A stretch of DNA of 59,772 nt, counting the filler, from Dirinaria sp. TL-2023a (Eukaryota): assembly GCA_051941275.1 (NCBI GenBank). It is 7 parts of 7 records of this genome, joined end to end, with 100 filler letters (N's around TTAATTAATTAA, not from the genome) between each part and the next. Parts side by side here need not be neighbours in the genome. Positions count along the whole stretch, not along the records: positions 1 to 8,503 come from JAVEBF010001177.1; positions 8,604 to 17,101 come from JAVEBF010001178.1; 5 more parts are not named here. The stretch is one strand, 5' to 3'. Made by a program: the position numbers and the translations under genes. The notes under the pieces are model-generated. The model did not search any database, was not told the DNA's origin, and was given only the letters and a program-made list of their open reading frames with translations. Below, one piece after another: positions 1-13,200 of this stretch (position 1 is the first letter of the stretch; each line of letters opens with the position of its first letter).

Positions 1-3000
1 GTTGCAATCCGAGTCCGCGGCGACGATATAGAGCTGTTTCTCATCCGGCAGGAAATCGGCTGCCATGACCTCGATATGCTTCGAGGATTTCCCGAACAGG
101 CGCAGTTGGTACGGGTCTTCGGTGTACCCGGCAAACCAGAGCCCCTTGATCGCGTCACCCATCACGCACAATCCCGTGCCTTTCAACTCTTTCATCGCGC
201 TGACGTAGCACTGCATGTCCATGAATGCCACGGGCAGCAGCGTGCCGTCTTCTTTGAGGCCTCGAACCATGCATTTCTGGCCTTGCGCCGCAAGTAGGAA
301 ACCCTGGGTGCCGATCTCCGAAAGGGCTGTTACTGCTCCTTTGACTTCCTCTTTGGCAATCAGCTTCAGCTTCTTGCCTGTTTCTGGGCGGTCGGGTTGC
401 GGCACGACATCGATGACATCCAAGACATAGATCCTTCCAATGGCCGCCACCTCTTCGCCGCGGATGACGGCTGTCCCTACGGTTATAAGCTCCCGCCGCT
501 CGTGAGTGATTTCGGAAACCTCCAGGCTCATTGTCTTAATGCTCATCACGACTTCTCCAACGCCAAGCTCAAGGCTACGGAACTTTAGCAGCGGTTTTCT
601 ATCTGCCCGAAGATACCTTACCTGTCGATAGTAGACCACGTTCGGTGATCGAGAAGCTTCACTGTTCCTTGCTCGACTTGGGGTAGGAATGATGTGTCTA
701 GCCTCTATTAGTGACTAAACGCTTTGGTTTGGCGTTTGAAACCACCTTCGGTGCCGAACGCATCTTCCTCAGAGAGTTTATAAGTGGAATTACGGCCCGT
801 TCCGATTATGCATGACTTGGATCTAGCGTGGTAGTCGATTGCTTGAATGTCTTCTCCAAAGTGTCTCTTACGGACTATCCAGCCCGTGCTATAATGGCTA
901 TCCACTGGAAGCTGTGCTATAGTAATATTGCACTAAAACCATTAGGCGATTCGACAGCAATTGGAAGTAGCACTTACGTCCTTGTCGACATAAACGAAAC
1001 CATTCTCACAATGCTGGACGTTTAAACCGCTCAAGCTCCTGATGTCTCCGCTTCTAAGAGGTACAATCTGCGGCGTGCTGGTTGCAGGCTTCAAAATGAA
1101 GGTTGGTGAAAGTCCTGGAAGGAATACAGTGCTGTAACCACCTAAGTTCGGTATAATTCGCAAAGCTTGACGAGAACCTTCCTCAATGTCATTGGCATCT
1201 GGCGGGAGCGGTAGCCCGGTATTGGCTATTTTGTGAAATCGTAAAGTGATATTAGATCCTTCTTCTTTGGGTCCTTGATACGGCTGATACATTGTAATAT
1301 CATTGTTTTCCGATCTTAGCTATGATTTTTTAGCTCTATCTGGCCATAAATTCACTAACAAAACTTACGATCAGGTACGGAGACTTCATCGTCACATCTC
1401 CAAGGTCCGCCACTAGTAGCTCTGTCAATTTTTCTCTTGCTGTTGACCTACGCACTGTGAAATCTTTTGAGAGGAACGGTGGTAGAAAGCTTAATCCCTC
1501 GGCGACGTATATTGGCTTCTTCAAATTGGGGAGACGGTAAATCTGTGCAGCGATCAATGCTGAACTTGACTCTGGAAGCACCGGGCAAAGGGTTCTTGAA
1601 TGACTTACGTATAGGCCACCGGCAAAATTCAAAAGAAACAGCAAGACGTTGCCAACCTCTTCATCCTCGTCGCTATCATCGGTCTCTAAGCGAAAAGCAT
1701 CACTCGAATCGTCGTACAACGAGCCAGAGACCCATTCATTCTGCTGCAGGGCTTCGCCTCGTTCCACCTCATCCAGATCACCACTCTCGTCCGCATTTAA
1801 TACTACTAGACTAAGATCATCCCGAATGATTAATACATATGGGTCCACGAAGCTAGCTTTGATAGCTTTAGGCTCGGCATCTGCGGATTCCTCGGAAAGA
1901 GGGAAGATCTGGGCTAAGCCGAAGTCTGGTGAACGTTAGTAAAGGGGACCTCGGTAGCGAAGATAGAGGCCCTCGAGTAGGAACACAGAAGGGTGAATAC
2001 ACAATCTGGGCGAAGAGACTTGACATTACTGAAGGGACTATCATATCTGCTAGTACAAGTGAATTGAGAGAAATAACATCGGTAATGCCACCAGAAGCAA
2101 CTTTGACGATTTGTTTGATCCGCCAAATGCGAAAGATTGCAGGGCGCAGTAGAGCTGGTATCATAGTCCAATATCCAAGTCTGTGCACAAAATCCTTTGA
2201 TGTGAGGCAAAGCGCCGTATATCGATGTTAGACATGATGAGATAGTGAAGACTTACGGTTATCGAAGGTCCTTAGCTCGTTTGGGAGTACCTGCACAATC
2301 CGTGTCCCACCAGTCAGTACCCCTATCTCAACACTTGGCCCGGCTTCAGGGTCAAAATCAGTGCCATCTACCGGCTCCAAGCCCACCGTAGATATTGAAT
2401 AAAGTAATGATCGGCTCCCTGCTGCCGACTGCGTATTTGCAATTAGATGTTTGTCGTAATTGGTACTGTTCTCAGCTTCTGGTCTATTCCGAGTCTCCTG
2501 AACATTAGTCTTCGCGCGTACACTCCAGAGTGCAGTTGCGCCGTCGATGTGCAATTTTTGAACTACATCCGGCTCGACCTCTCGACGGAGTATTCCTAGA
2601 CTTCCACCTTTCCCACAGCCAGTCGAGATCAGCAATCCCGTCATTAATGATTCTACTGTGCCGTCTTCGTACTGTTCGTCAGACTCAATCAAACTAATAT
2701 CTTTGATGGGCCCTAGGTTGGTCATATAATCATGGACTCTGAAAACGTAATCCTCGTTCTCTCTCATGACTGACGAAGCACCTGGCACCTGCTTAGGCAT
2801 GCTGTCCATTTTGACGGCTGAATACAAATCGTCTTCGTCTTCCTCGAATTCGTCTTCTTCAAGGTCTGAAGAGTCTTGAAGATCACCGATGTTGCTGCTT
2901 CGCCGCTGGACCTGCCTCTTCATTTTGTCGGATCTGCGAGACCAGCCAAGAACGATTGAGTCACAGTCCTCGCTACCAACGAAAATCCTCCCCCGACCGA

Positions 3001-4240
3001 CCACCGACGTACAGGCCGCGGCTGCTTGAAGGGCTTCCTCGCCAGGGGAATGTTGAACGACACGAACAGAGAGCCCTGAAACAGATCTTCCTTCACTTTT
3101 GAAGGAGAGAATAGCCAGCTCGCCTGTGTTTAGTATGATTAACATATCACCGTTGTCCGCGGCTAGAGTTTCAATGACGCAATTTTCCAGCCTAAGTGCT
3201 AGGTCAGACTGATCAAGCAATCCAAATGAGGTACTATGTCTCGCGAGCTGATTCACAGCAACTCCATTCGTTCTCCCAGATTGATCCACATGTATGAGTT
3301 CGTTGCTCCCCACTAGCAAAGCGCCGCCGATGGGTAAAGAGAGCGGCACGATCGAGAAAAGATCATACGGCAGGTTGCTGATCGAAAGGAGTGTTGTCGA
3401 GGCCTGCTGTTCTAGATCAAGGGTATAGACAAAGTAGGAGATACTGTCACGCCGCTCATGAAATAATGCATTCGAGATAGAGACCTGGGAAGACAAGACA
3501 CCGAAAGTGGGTTCACGGTATTCGTGTAAAAAAGATAGGTGTATCGGATGAGACAAAGCAGGATCCAGTGCCAGTAAGGAGAGTACAAAAGATGGAGCAT
3601 AAGGCGCTTTGTCGACTTGCAAGGCTCCTTCGGAAGCCTTCACGGTCGGGCGCTCGCCATCTATTTCCGGATCATAGTCGTCCATGACGAGATCATCACC
3701 CTCTTGATAGAAGGGCAGTATCGCTAATTGTCGGGAGCCAAATTTGAGCGCAGCGCATCTGCTGCTAGGATCCACGCTCAGACAAGTAGGTAATTGACTC
3801 AAACTCGGTTCCCACGGACTACGTTTGACGTCTTCTTGCTCATAGTAGTGGATTGAAATAGTTGATATACTGTACCGCTCTGGATCCCACTCGATCAGGC
3901 TAAGCTTCGCATCCCGGAAGGCAATTAGGATAGCTTCTCCACCGGACCTTGATCGCAAGATCTTGACTTTGGCGAGCGCAGTCACCGTTCCAGACAGTTC
4001 ATACTGGGCGATCAAGACAAGCTTTGTTGATTGAAAGCGCTCACCTCGTTGCAAGGTGTTATGTCGCGAAACATCTCTGGCAGCGCCGCTGACGATGTGG
4101 GTAATGAGCGACTTGAGAGAGAATATTTGCAGAAGCGAGGTTTTCGCAACAACAAGATTGTTTGCAGAACGTGAGAGAAAAGGCACTGAGAGCGAATGTG
4201 TCACCGCCGTTGGAGGCGTGAGTTCCGTATACGACTGCAT
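1..4240 (-). CDS. CFT1: Cleavage/polyadenylation factor CPSF160 (Cft1); spliced, 3' end truncated at contig edge
   Basis: N-terminus [17 protein letters not shown]...[47 protein letters not shown]. Downstream exons continue to [20 protein letters not shown] at position 1. GT-AG introns include 1926-2256. Confidence 0.95.
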
Positions 4241-5039
4241 ATTCCTCAATCATCGGCTCGCCGCCACAACAAGCTGCCACTACCGCCACCGAGTTCAGAG
4301 CATTCCTGGCGGATGGCTTGGAGTTAGAGGTACTTTCATTATGCCATGCGGTCAAGATTTAGGTTCTCCTTGGATAGTGTTAGTTCTGTGTCAAGGATAA
4401 AAAAGCGCGGCTGTTCCACGAAGCATTCTCACAGGGGATTTCATTTGCGGTGAGTGCCAGACTGCAATTGATAGTGTATTTGCTGAAAACCCAAGCTTGA
4501 GAAATGATCCACTTACATGTACTTAGGTCAGTTTTTCCTGAATCTACATAATGTGATGAAATCGATATCACAAGGCCGTTCTTTGGGCCTTATTGTGGAA
4601 CCTCTCATCCTCGCTTTCCCCAGAGTCCTTGACATCAAGTATTTTCGCATTTCTCGTGTCTCGCGTCTGTACTCCGGAAAGCCGGTCCGTGTTCCCTTCT
4701 TAAGTTACTTTACTTTACTTAGTTTGTTTTATTTTGTGAGAGAGCGTGTCAAAAGCAGGAAGGCAAGTGCAGCCGAGAAGAACCAAATGAAACCGAGGCG
4801 AACCCGAGCTAACGCCGCAGTGACGGTTGCCAAGAGCTGCTCCAACAACTGCGAACCTCAATAATACCTTAAGGTAACCAAGGAACAGAATAGCGTCACT
4901 TCGCCTCGTTCCCTCGATTACCTTGCCTAGCCAGCTTCATGAGCTTCCTATCTCCTCGAAGCCGCTCGAAGCAGCTCTCCACACTAATCACTATCACTAT
5001 TCAACCTTCCACAATCCTGAAAGCTGCCCAGGTCTAGCT

Positions 5040-6936
5040 ATGGCTCTAATCCAGACAACCCTGATCTGGGTTGTTTATGCCGTTGTCCTTGCTCTCCTTT
5101 TCGCCGTTGCCTCGATATTCATATACCTGTATCAAACCCCCCGAGAGAAATCCTACATCGTTTCCGCCGTCTGCATATTCACCTTAACATCCCTTCTGGC
5201 AACAGTGCTACTCCTCCCTGTCGACGTCGCACTTGTCTCCTCCACCACATCCTCCAAGCTCGGCCGAAGGAAGGACTGGGCAAGCCAGGATCGAGTGGAC
5301 AACATTCGCCTCACTTTAAAGATCGTGTACTATACTCTGTTCTCGCTCGATACAATACTCTGCCTCTTGGTCGTCCCTTTCACCTACTTCTGGTATGAAG
5401 AGTACGATGAGATTGCGACTGAAGAAGGCAACCAGACCATCACGGCGAGGCTTTGGGGCGCTTTCAAATACACAATTGCATTTGTGTTCCTTGTCGTCGT
5501 CATAGTTCTGGTCGGCTACTTCGTCCCGAACGCCAGGGACCGCCATGGCGCACATTACGACTATCATTACTTCAAGGAGCTGCTCAGGGCGAATAGTCCG
5601 TCCACCAAAGCTCGATATATTGATGGAGCTAACGTTTGTTGCAGATGGCGAACGTATCTTGACCTTTGCTTTAGGGCTTCTGATCACCATAGGTACCCTG
5701 ATCTACATTTTGTACGCTGGCGCGGGGCTAGCTCTACTGCCCGTAGCCATGATCAAGCAGGCACCTTCGATATCCGCGCCAACTTTAAGTGCCAATACGG
5801 CATCTGCACTCGCAGAAAACCGAGAGCGGCAACGACAATTGGAAGGCCGCAACGAAGGCCGCGAAGGAGGGCTCCCTCCTAAAGACCGCAGAGAACTCGA
5901 TGCGCTTGTCAGGGAAGAACGTACCTTGGTTCGCCGTGAGCGTCTAGCTGCAGAAGCCAGTGGTGAAGGACATAATTGGCTCGTCAGAGCCTGGATGAAG
6001 ATTGAAGCCGTGTTCCGCCCTCTCAAATTGCTGGGCGGACTCTTTCTAATGCTTGTTGCCGTCCTGGTGTGGGTCTCTATGCTAATAACCGGCATTGACA
6101 AGGCGATGAATTCCGTCTGCAAAACTCACTGCGGTTATGTACTTGCCCATACCAACATCTTCAACCCTCTCAATTGGGTTTTTGTCAAGTCCGCGAAGGT
6201 CTTTCCGATAGACTATGTCCTTTTCATGCTTTTGGTACTCCTCTTTTTCTCGAGCTCCGTGGTTGGTGTTGCTACGATTGGAATCCGCTTTCTGTGGCTT
6301 CGGATCTTCCAAATCAGAAAAGGACATACAACGCCGCAGGCTCTACTAATGGCCACAGTCCTATTAACGCTCATAGCCCTTGCAGTCAACTACGCAATCG
6401 CAATGCTTGTGGCGCCGCAATACGCGCACTGGGGACCACAGACGTACTGCAATCAAGATTTCATCCCCGGAGAACAGCCTGACTGCACACACAACAAGAA
6501 TGCGATCCGGCCCTGCACTGAAAAGTCCCACACTCGTGCCGCACAAGCGGTCTGTACACCAAGTGTCATTAGTGCCTTCCTTGATAGGATCACTGTGGGC
6601 TTCTCTTTTTTCGGTGTAGTAGATTTCTGGGCTCAATTTGCATTTCTAGGTTAGTACACTTGCTTTTGGTTGGATAGAATGTCTCTAATCAATTGCTGTA
6701 TAGCTGTTTACTTGATCGTCTTCACACTGACGCTCTTTCGTACCCCACGTCTGGATACGTATCAGCTTGAGCAGGATGCTGAGGAGGACGAAGAAGAAGG
6801 CTTGCTTGCAAGCACGGGGAGACGGTTTGGTGCTACCTGGCAGGACATCACAGGTCGGGCGAAGAAAAGGCCGTCTGGTACTGGACCTCGGCTCGTTGAC
6901 AACGAGGAAGATGAACGAATGCCGGCTGTTCAGTAA
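5040..6936 (+). CDS. LMBR1-family membrane protein (probable lysosomal cobalamin transporter); 3 exons
   Basis: Multi-TM protein [15 protein letters not shown]..., with [32 protein letters not shown] and [13 protein letters not shown]. Introns at about 5596-5644 and 6650-6702. Confidence 0.9.
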
Positions 6937-7276
6937 AGCCATGATGGGTCCTGGTTTTCATTTTTACCCTTTTCAGCGCTGCAGGCTTACAGAACATACT
7001 TTGAACCAAGGGGTTAGTCACATTATAAGCTAGCAGTCAAATACATTCTTAACAAAGCGTCATCTGGGAGATCTTGCCGGCTGTGACTGTATTTCACGAA
7101 GTCCAGTAGTAGGTGCTCCTACCTTGTAAAGTACGGAGTATCAAATCGCCTTACATTTTAGCCGACGAATTGCCGAAATTTGCAACCTTTGAGATTGTAT
7201 CCAGCCTAAAACTTGCCTTGAAGTCGTTGTCCACGCTGTCCAGTCAAGACCGCTTAGAAAGAAGTATGGAAAAGTC

Positions 7277-8333
7277 ATGGGTGACGACGCTGAAAATGAA
7301 GACGCTGCCTTGCTTTCCCGACTGAATGCTCTCAAAAAGTCAAGCGTAAGCTTGCGACGGGATAAGTATGAATTTCCAGTACAGCAGCAGTCGTGACTAG
7401 CCAGGCTGAAACCTGGTCAGTTATCCTCTGGTTTCTGATGGCCAGAAGTCTGATCTTAGCGACCGGTTCCAAAAACTAGGTAACGGCGACGTGGGTCGTT
7501 CGCTACGTCAACCCGAAGACTTCCAATCGTATAGGGATTTTACAAGGGAGGATGGGGGCTCCAACCCGCCTTCGCCAACTCTGGAAGAGCTTCTTGCAGA
7601 ACTAAACACAGAAGAGGAGCAGCATCAACTCCACCCTGACGAGCTTGCTGATGCAGAACACCTCCTTGCCGAGGCGAAGCGCGCCCTAGCATCGGACGAG
7701 GATATAGCCAGTCCAGTTGCTAAAAATGAGGCGTTCAAAGCCGAAGGAATAGACCAATCTGAAAACAAAGAGGAGGCGAACGACCGCGTCGAAGCAGACG
7801 AAGAAGCCGACGCTGCCGCGGCATTACAGCGCATCCTAGACGAAGAATGCGTAGAGGAAAGCCTCCCTTCGACCAACGATAGCGGCACTCAATCAGCCAC
7901 TCCTGATATCGAAAGAAACATTAACAGCAGCAGCGTCGTGCACGAAGAGGTAGTAGTAGTAGTCGAGAACCTAGAAGAACACGATACTCCATTCTCCTTC
8001 CCCAAAGCGCCAACCACACACCTCTCTGACTCTCCTCGAACATCTATCGACGATATCTTCCCTCCAGCTCCTACTGCTGCGCCACGAGCTGCTGCTCCTC
8101 CAGCAGCGGCAGCACGGAAGAAGCAGAACCACCCGACGTTCACGGACGCGGAAATCGACTCTTGGTGTATTATTTGTTTGGCGGATGCCACGGTCCGCTG
8201 TCTGGGCTGCGCAGGCGATCTCTACTGCAACGTGTGCTGGAAAGAAGGGCACACGGGACTTGATGCGGGATATGAGGAACGACGGCATAAGGCTATCGGG
8301 TTGCGGAGGAATAACGCTGTTGGGAGCACTTGA
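7277..8333 (+). CDS. ZFYVE19/ANCHR-like protein with C-terminal B-box-type zinc finger; spliced
   Basis: First exon MGDDAENEDAALLSRLNALKKS. C-terminal WCIICLADATVRCLGCAGDLYCNVCWKEGH matches the ZFYVE19 C-terminal Cys/His pattern. Confidence 0.75.
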
Positions 8334-8503
8334 ACCCAAAACACTAGACACATTCAGAAACAAATCTCTCCGTGATGTTGTTGTTGTTGTAATTGTAGTA
8401 TGTATCAAGGCTCTGCCGAAATCGTCTCGTAGGCGCAGGGTACCGGCACAGTGATCATTCTCCAAACGAGCTCCAATAAAATCTTCCGTTAAAATCCTCC
8501 CAG

Positions 8504-8603
8504 NNNNNNNNNNNNNNNNNNNNNNNNNNNNNNNNNNNNNNNNNNNNTTAATTAATTAANNNNNNNNNNNNNNNNNNNNNNNNNNNNNNNNNNNNNNNNN
8601 NNN
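8504..8603. other. Artificial contig spacer (N44-TTAATTAATTAA-N44)
   Basis: 100-bp N run with a central linker carrying stops in all six frames. Confidence 0.99.
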
Positions 8604-8675
8604 GAGCCAGGCGGCGCGGGCGGAGGGGTCGACGGGGCAGGATGAGGGTGGTGGAGTCGGAGAGTCATTCGCCAT
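8604..8675 (-). CDS. 5' fragment of holocytochrome c/c1 synthase (heme lyase), truncated by gap
   Basis: MANDSPTPPPSSCPVDPSARAAWL: CPV heme-regulatory motif followed by xRxAWL, as in fungal cytochrome c1 heme lyase N-termini. Only 24 codons are visible. Confidence 0.6.
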
Positions 8676-8974
8676 GGTTGAATGAGAGGGAGTCGTGAGG
8701 GGACGAGGTGGCGGTGGTTGTGGTGTACCCAATGGGATGTTGAAAGTTCGCAAAGTAGGAAAAAAAAGGTATCGGCCGAGGGGCGAGGGATGATTACTGA
8801 ATGGGGGTTAATTATCATGAGGTACTCGTCCTCATACATATGCGTGCAGCAGTGGGGGGAACTCCGCATTTCGTGCTTACTCGCAACATCATACCTTCCC
8901 AGCAGTGAGCAACAACAGGAGTATTCAATTGTTCAACAGGTTTGGTGGTGAATTCAATCGCTTGTGAACCCAAA

Positions 8975-10218
8975 ATGGCAGACAACCGGATCTACCGAGC
9001 TAGCACAACTGCGCCGGTCAATATCGCTGTTATCAAGTGCCTAATCAACCCCCTCCCTGAAGCATATCCACCAAGCTTACGACTTCACTTCTCAGGTACT
9101 GGGGCAAGCGCGACCCCAAGCTGAATTTGCCAACCAATTCTTCGCTGTCCGTCACTCTCGCTCAATCGGACCTTCGCACCCATACCACAGCTTCCTGCTC
9201 ATCCAGCTACTCGGCCCCAGACACCCTTGCACTGAACGGCAAGCCCGAATCGCTGGAGGGCGCCCGTTCACAAGCCTGTCTCTCTTCCTTGCGAGCTCTG
9301 CGCAAGGCACTCGAAGATTCAGATACCTCTCTTCCGAAATTGTCCGCCCTTCCGTTACGCATTGTCTCCTCAAACAACTTCCCCACGGCCGCTGGCCTCG
9401 CATCTTCGGCTGCCGGATTTGCTGCCTTGGTCCGTGCAATAGCAGACCTGTACCAGCTACCTCAAGACCCCACGGAGCTATCGCTCATTGCGCGCCAAGG
9501 TTCTGGCTCCGCATGTCGAAGCTTGCTGGGCGGTTACGTCGCGTGGGACAGAGGGGCGAAAGCAGATGGCTCGGACAGCTGCGCACGGCTCGTTGCTCCA
9601 CGGAGCCATTGGCCTTCCATGCGCGCGTTGATACTCGTCGCAAGCGCTGAGAAAAAGGATGTGAGCAGTACTGCTGGTATGCAAACCACCGTGCAGACAT
9701 CGCAGCTTTTCAAGACGAGGGCTGAAGTAGTCGTCCCGGCTGCCATGGCGGAGATGGAAAAGGCCATAGCGGAGAGGGATTTCGAATCTTTTGCGAAAGT
9801 GACGATGAGAGATAGTAATTCGTTCCACGCAACGTGTTTGGATACTAATCCGCCCATCTTTTACTTGAACGATGTTAGTCGAGCGGCTATACGGGCAGTG
9901 GAGAGAATCAACGAGAAAGCGGGAAGAATAGTTGCTGCATATACTTTTGATGCTGGGCCAAATGCTGTAGTATATTATCAGCAAGAGGACCAGGATGTTG
10001 TCGCAGGTCCGTTCAAGGCAGCCTTGGGGGAGAAAGATGGTTGGCTGGGAGAGCAAGGTACAGCAATTTCGGCGAGCAAGGTTGCCACCGAGGATAACCT
10101 CGCAATGGCCAAGCTGAAGGCAGGAGTGAGCCGGGTAATTCTCACGAGCGTTGGTGAAGGCCCAATCAGTGTTCACGAACATTTGGTCGATGAGCACGGT
10201 CAGCCAGTCAAAGCATAG
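8975..10218 (+). CDS. MVD1: Diphosphomevalonate decarboxylase; 2 exons (intron 9037-9095)
   Basis: APVNIAVIK|YWGKRD, LPTNSSLSVTL, NNFPTAAGLASSAAG, ARQGSGSACRS, DSNSFHATCLD, YTFDAGPNAV. Confidence 0.97.
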
Positions 10219-10267
10219 CCAGGCTGCTATATAACTTACTCAGAGCCGACGACACAGGCTTTGCAAC

Positions 10268-13200
10268 TCAGCCACCAAGTAAAGAAAGCTTCTCAAACTT
10301 TTTGATGAGTGGCCGCTCTCGAACCGGTTGCTCTGCGATGCTCTCCCAGAGAACACCGTCACCACCACTGGGTCTATCAGTATAGTCGGGACGCAATTGC
10401 TTTTCGTCGGTGCCTGGAATTATTTCCTTCCCATAGACTTTCACGACGGCTGACTTGCACAAATCGATTAAATCCACCATAGCCGCTTCGGTGGCGAGCG
10501 CTCTCTCTCGCATGCCTCTTCTCATGAGGCCTGTAACGAGCCGTTCAACCTCCTCGATAACAGAATTGACTTTGTCGACTAGCCTTCCAATGCTATTGAC
10601 GAGGTATTCCTCTTCGTACACGCTTCCTTTCTTGCCTCTGGCCCTTTTCCGTTCCTCTCTTTGGCGTCTCTTGGATGTTTGGCGGGTCGCATTTGTAGCT
10701 ACGGTGCCCGTGCGGCTCGTATACCTTGTAAAGAGCGATCTCCCCATTGTCGAAGCATCTGTGGGTGCAAGGGAGATATTGTCAGGGATGTCAGCATCTC
10801 CTCCTGCCAAATCTCCTTCCAAAAATGCCAAGGGGTCCTCAGCTTTCTTCTTTCGTAATTCAAATATTCGTGGCACTTGGGAATTGAGCTGGCTCTTGCA
10901 GTCAGCCAATAACTCTGTCATCGCTGCCATCCCTTCGACCAAGCCGACATCGACAACGGAGTCCAGTAGGTCGGCTCGGTTCTCTATGCTGATGACTCGT
11001 ATCGCATCCGCAAAATAGTAACCTTTGCAGAACAGGCGAGCAGCCATCGGCATGTCATTGAGATAGTCACGATGAATGACTGCTGCGGAGGAAAAGTCTT
11101 TGCCCTCAACTAAGCCTTCGCAAAGCGCACGCGCAAGAGATTGGAGCTGCGACAGAGTTATAGGTACAAGGCTAGCGCAGGAGAGGCATTCTCTCCACAA
11201 GTGAGCTAGGCGGTATGACTCGCTTGCAGATGCATAAAGTTGAAGGTTTTCGTAGACTATGCCTGCTTGCTTGTACTGAGCGTTCTGCTGAAGGTAATCG
11301 GCATGCAACTTCATCATGACTGATAGCTTCTGGGGCTGGTAGCGGTACAGCTCCAGAGCTTGGGAGTACAATGAGTGTTTGACCATGTATTCTTTAACTT
11401 CATCGAAGGCATCCAGATCGTAAAGATTTTTTAAGGCCTTGCTATATCGACATAGGTGATCGTCAATGGAATACTGACGTTTTAGTGTGGGCATGTCTTG
11501 GAAGTTCTGCAAAAATGGTAGGTATTCCCGGGGATCCTTTTGTGTTTGCTGAGCTACAAGCACGGTGAGTTCCAGATCGTAAAGACCGAGTGCGTTGTCG
11601 TATAAGCGGTTAGAATCCGCCAAAAAGCAGATATGCTCCGTTGCGCTTTCTGCTTGTTCTGGATCATTTCGGCGCAATCTCGCAATCTCTTTAAGCCCTG
11701 CATCGAGATCGGGCGGCACTTTGCAGACGTGTGCAGAGATAACATTTTGAAGACCTTTTGGCTCCCGCTGTTGTAGAGCTTTGAGGAAAGCGTCACATAT
11801 CCGGTTGACCTTCGATTGAGTAGCATCGAGCCCAGCGGATGTTGAGGATAGGGCTGAGCTGCGATCGACGTTCCTCATTCGGGGCGGTAACGTCTCTATG
11901 TACATTGTCTGTGAGACGTCTTCGTTCCTGTCCCTAAATTAGCCAGGACAGCCCACCTGAGAGATATCCTCATACCTGAGCTGTGACAGAAATAGGTCAA
12001 TGTGTTCCACTTTCTTCACTTGATCTACAAATAGATCGACATCAGCGATGAACGTCTCTGGGTTGTAATCATGAAGAATATTCATGTCCACCCTATGATT
12101 ACGGCAAGCAAGAAAAGCTCTCTTGTACCGCTTGCCATCTAAATTGTTTCTGATGCCTGCCAGCACCAAGGCCCGAGGATAGATAGTTTCGAGGTTCCCG
12201 CGCGGCATCTGTAGTATCAGAGCAAAGGTCGATGGAATCACTGTGACGAGCCTAGCACCCCGTTCAATGCTACGGCATCGCTCATCCGTCTCAGGGGTAT
12301 CACCAGGCACCACCATATCTTCAAGATGAACAAATTTGAGTATAGATTGACTAGTGGTCAAAATCAAGTGTGCTGGCGTGACAAGAAAAGAAGTACAGTT
12401 TCTGACCAATTCAACAACTTCGTTAGGTGTCTTTGCAGATAGTCGCCCAGCCGAAGACAAACTAAAGGTTGACTTGGAGGAACCAGCTACTTCCTTTCCA
12501 TTGATCCAAATCGTCTTCTTCAGCGGCAGGATTTCAGATATCCGCATCTGATCATCTTTAGCGGTAACGAAGCGCTGCATCTCTCCTCGATCTCGATCTA
12601 TGACAAGGATGCAATCCACGACACGGGCTCTTTGGTCAGTACTTTGCAAGATAGAGATTTGGCTGTCATGATCAAAGCTAATAAGTCGATTGATAGTCCG
12701 ATTGAAGCAACTTTGTCCATTAGTTAATGATTGGGAGCGACTAAGCTCCACAGTCCATCTCAGTGTTGGAAGTTTCTTGAACTCAGTCGGCAAATTCCAT
12801 TCGTACAGTGAAACCGCATCTTCAAAGAGAATTCCTAACAAAGTCATCCCCTCGATTGTCGTCATAGTGACATCGATAGCTATTCGGCGCAACTCCAGCT
12901 CGTGAAGCGCCATTGGAGGAGGTATATTTGCAAGCCGCATTGGCGTAAGCTTCAACCTACTCCCATCTATTACGGCCACAATACCGTAATCGTTTGGAGG
13001 AGCAGTAGGGCCAACAGAACTTTCGAACTCGTAAGCGAACATTTGAATGCTGCCTACCGTGACTTTAGCTAGTGAGGTCTAAAAGGGAAAAGACTGTACT
13101 TACCGCTTGCAGATATTGCAAGTTGCAGAGGATTCTCTGGATGCCACTGAACAGAGATCGGCGTCAATCGTCTACCCTCTGATTTTGGAAAGATTTCTTG

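Noticed and set aside
8548..8559. TTAATTAATTAA recurring about every 8.5 kb as a biological repeat
   Set aside because: Always centred in 100-bp N runs; it is an assembly linker. ORFs ending in X runs are artefacts of it.
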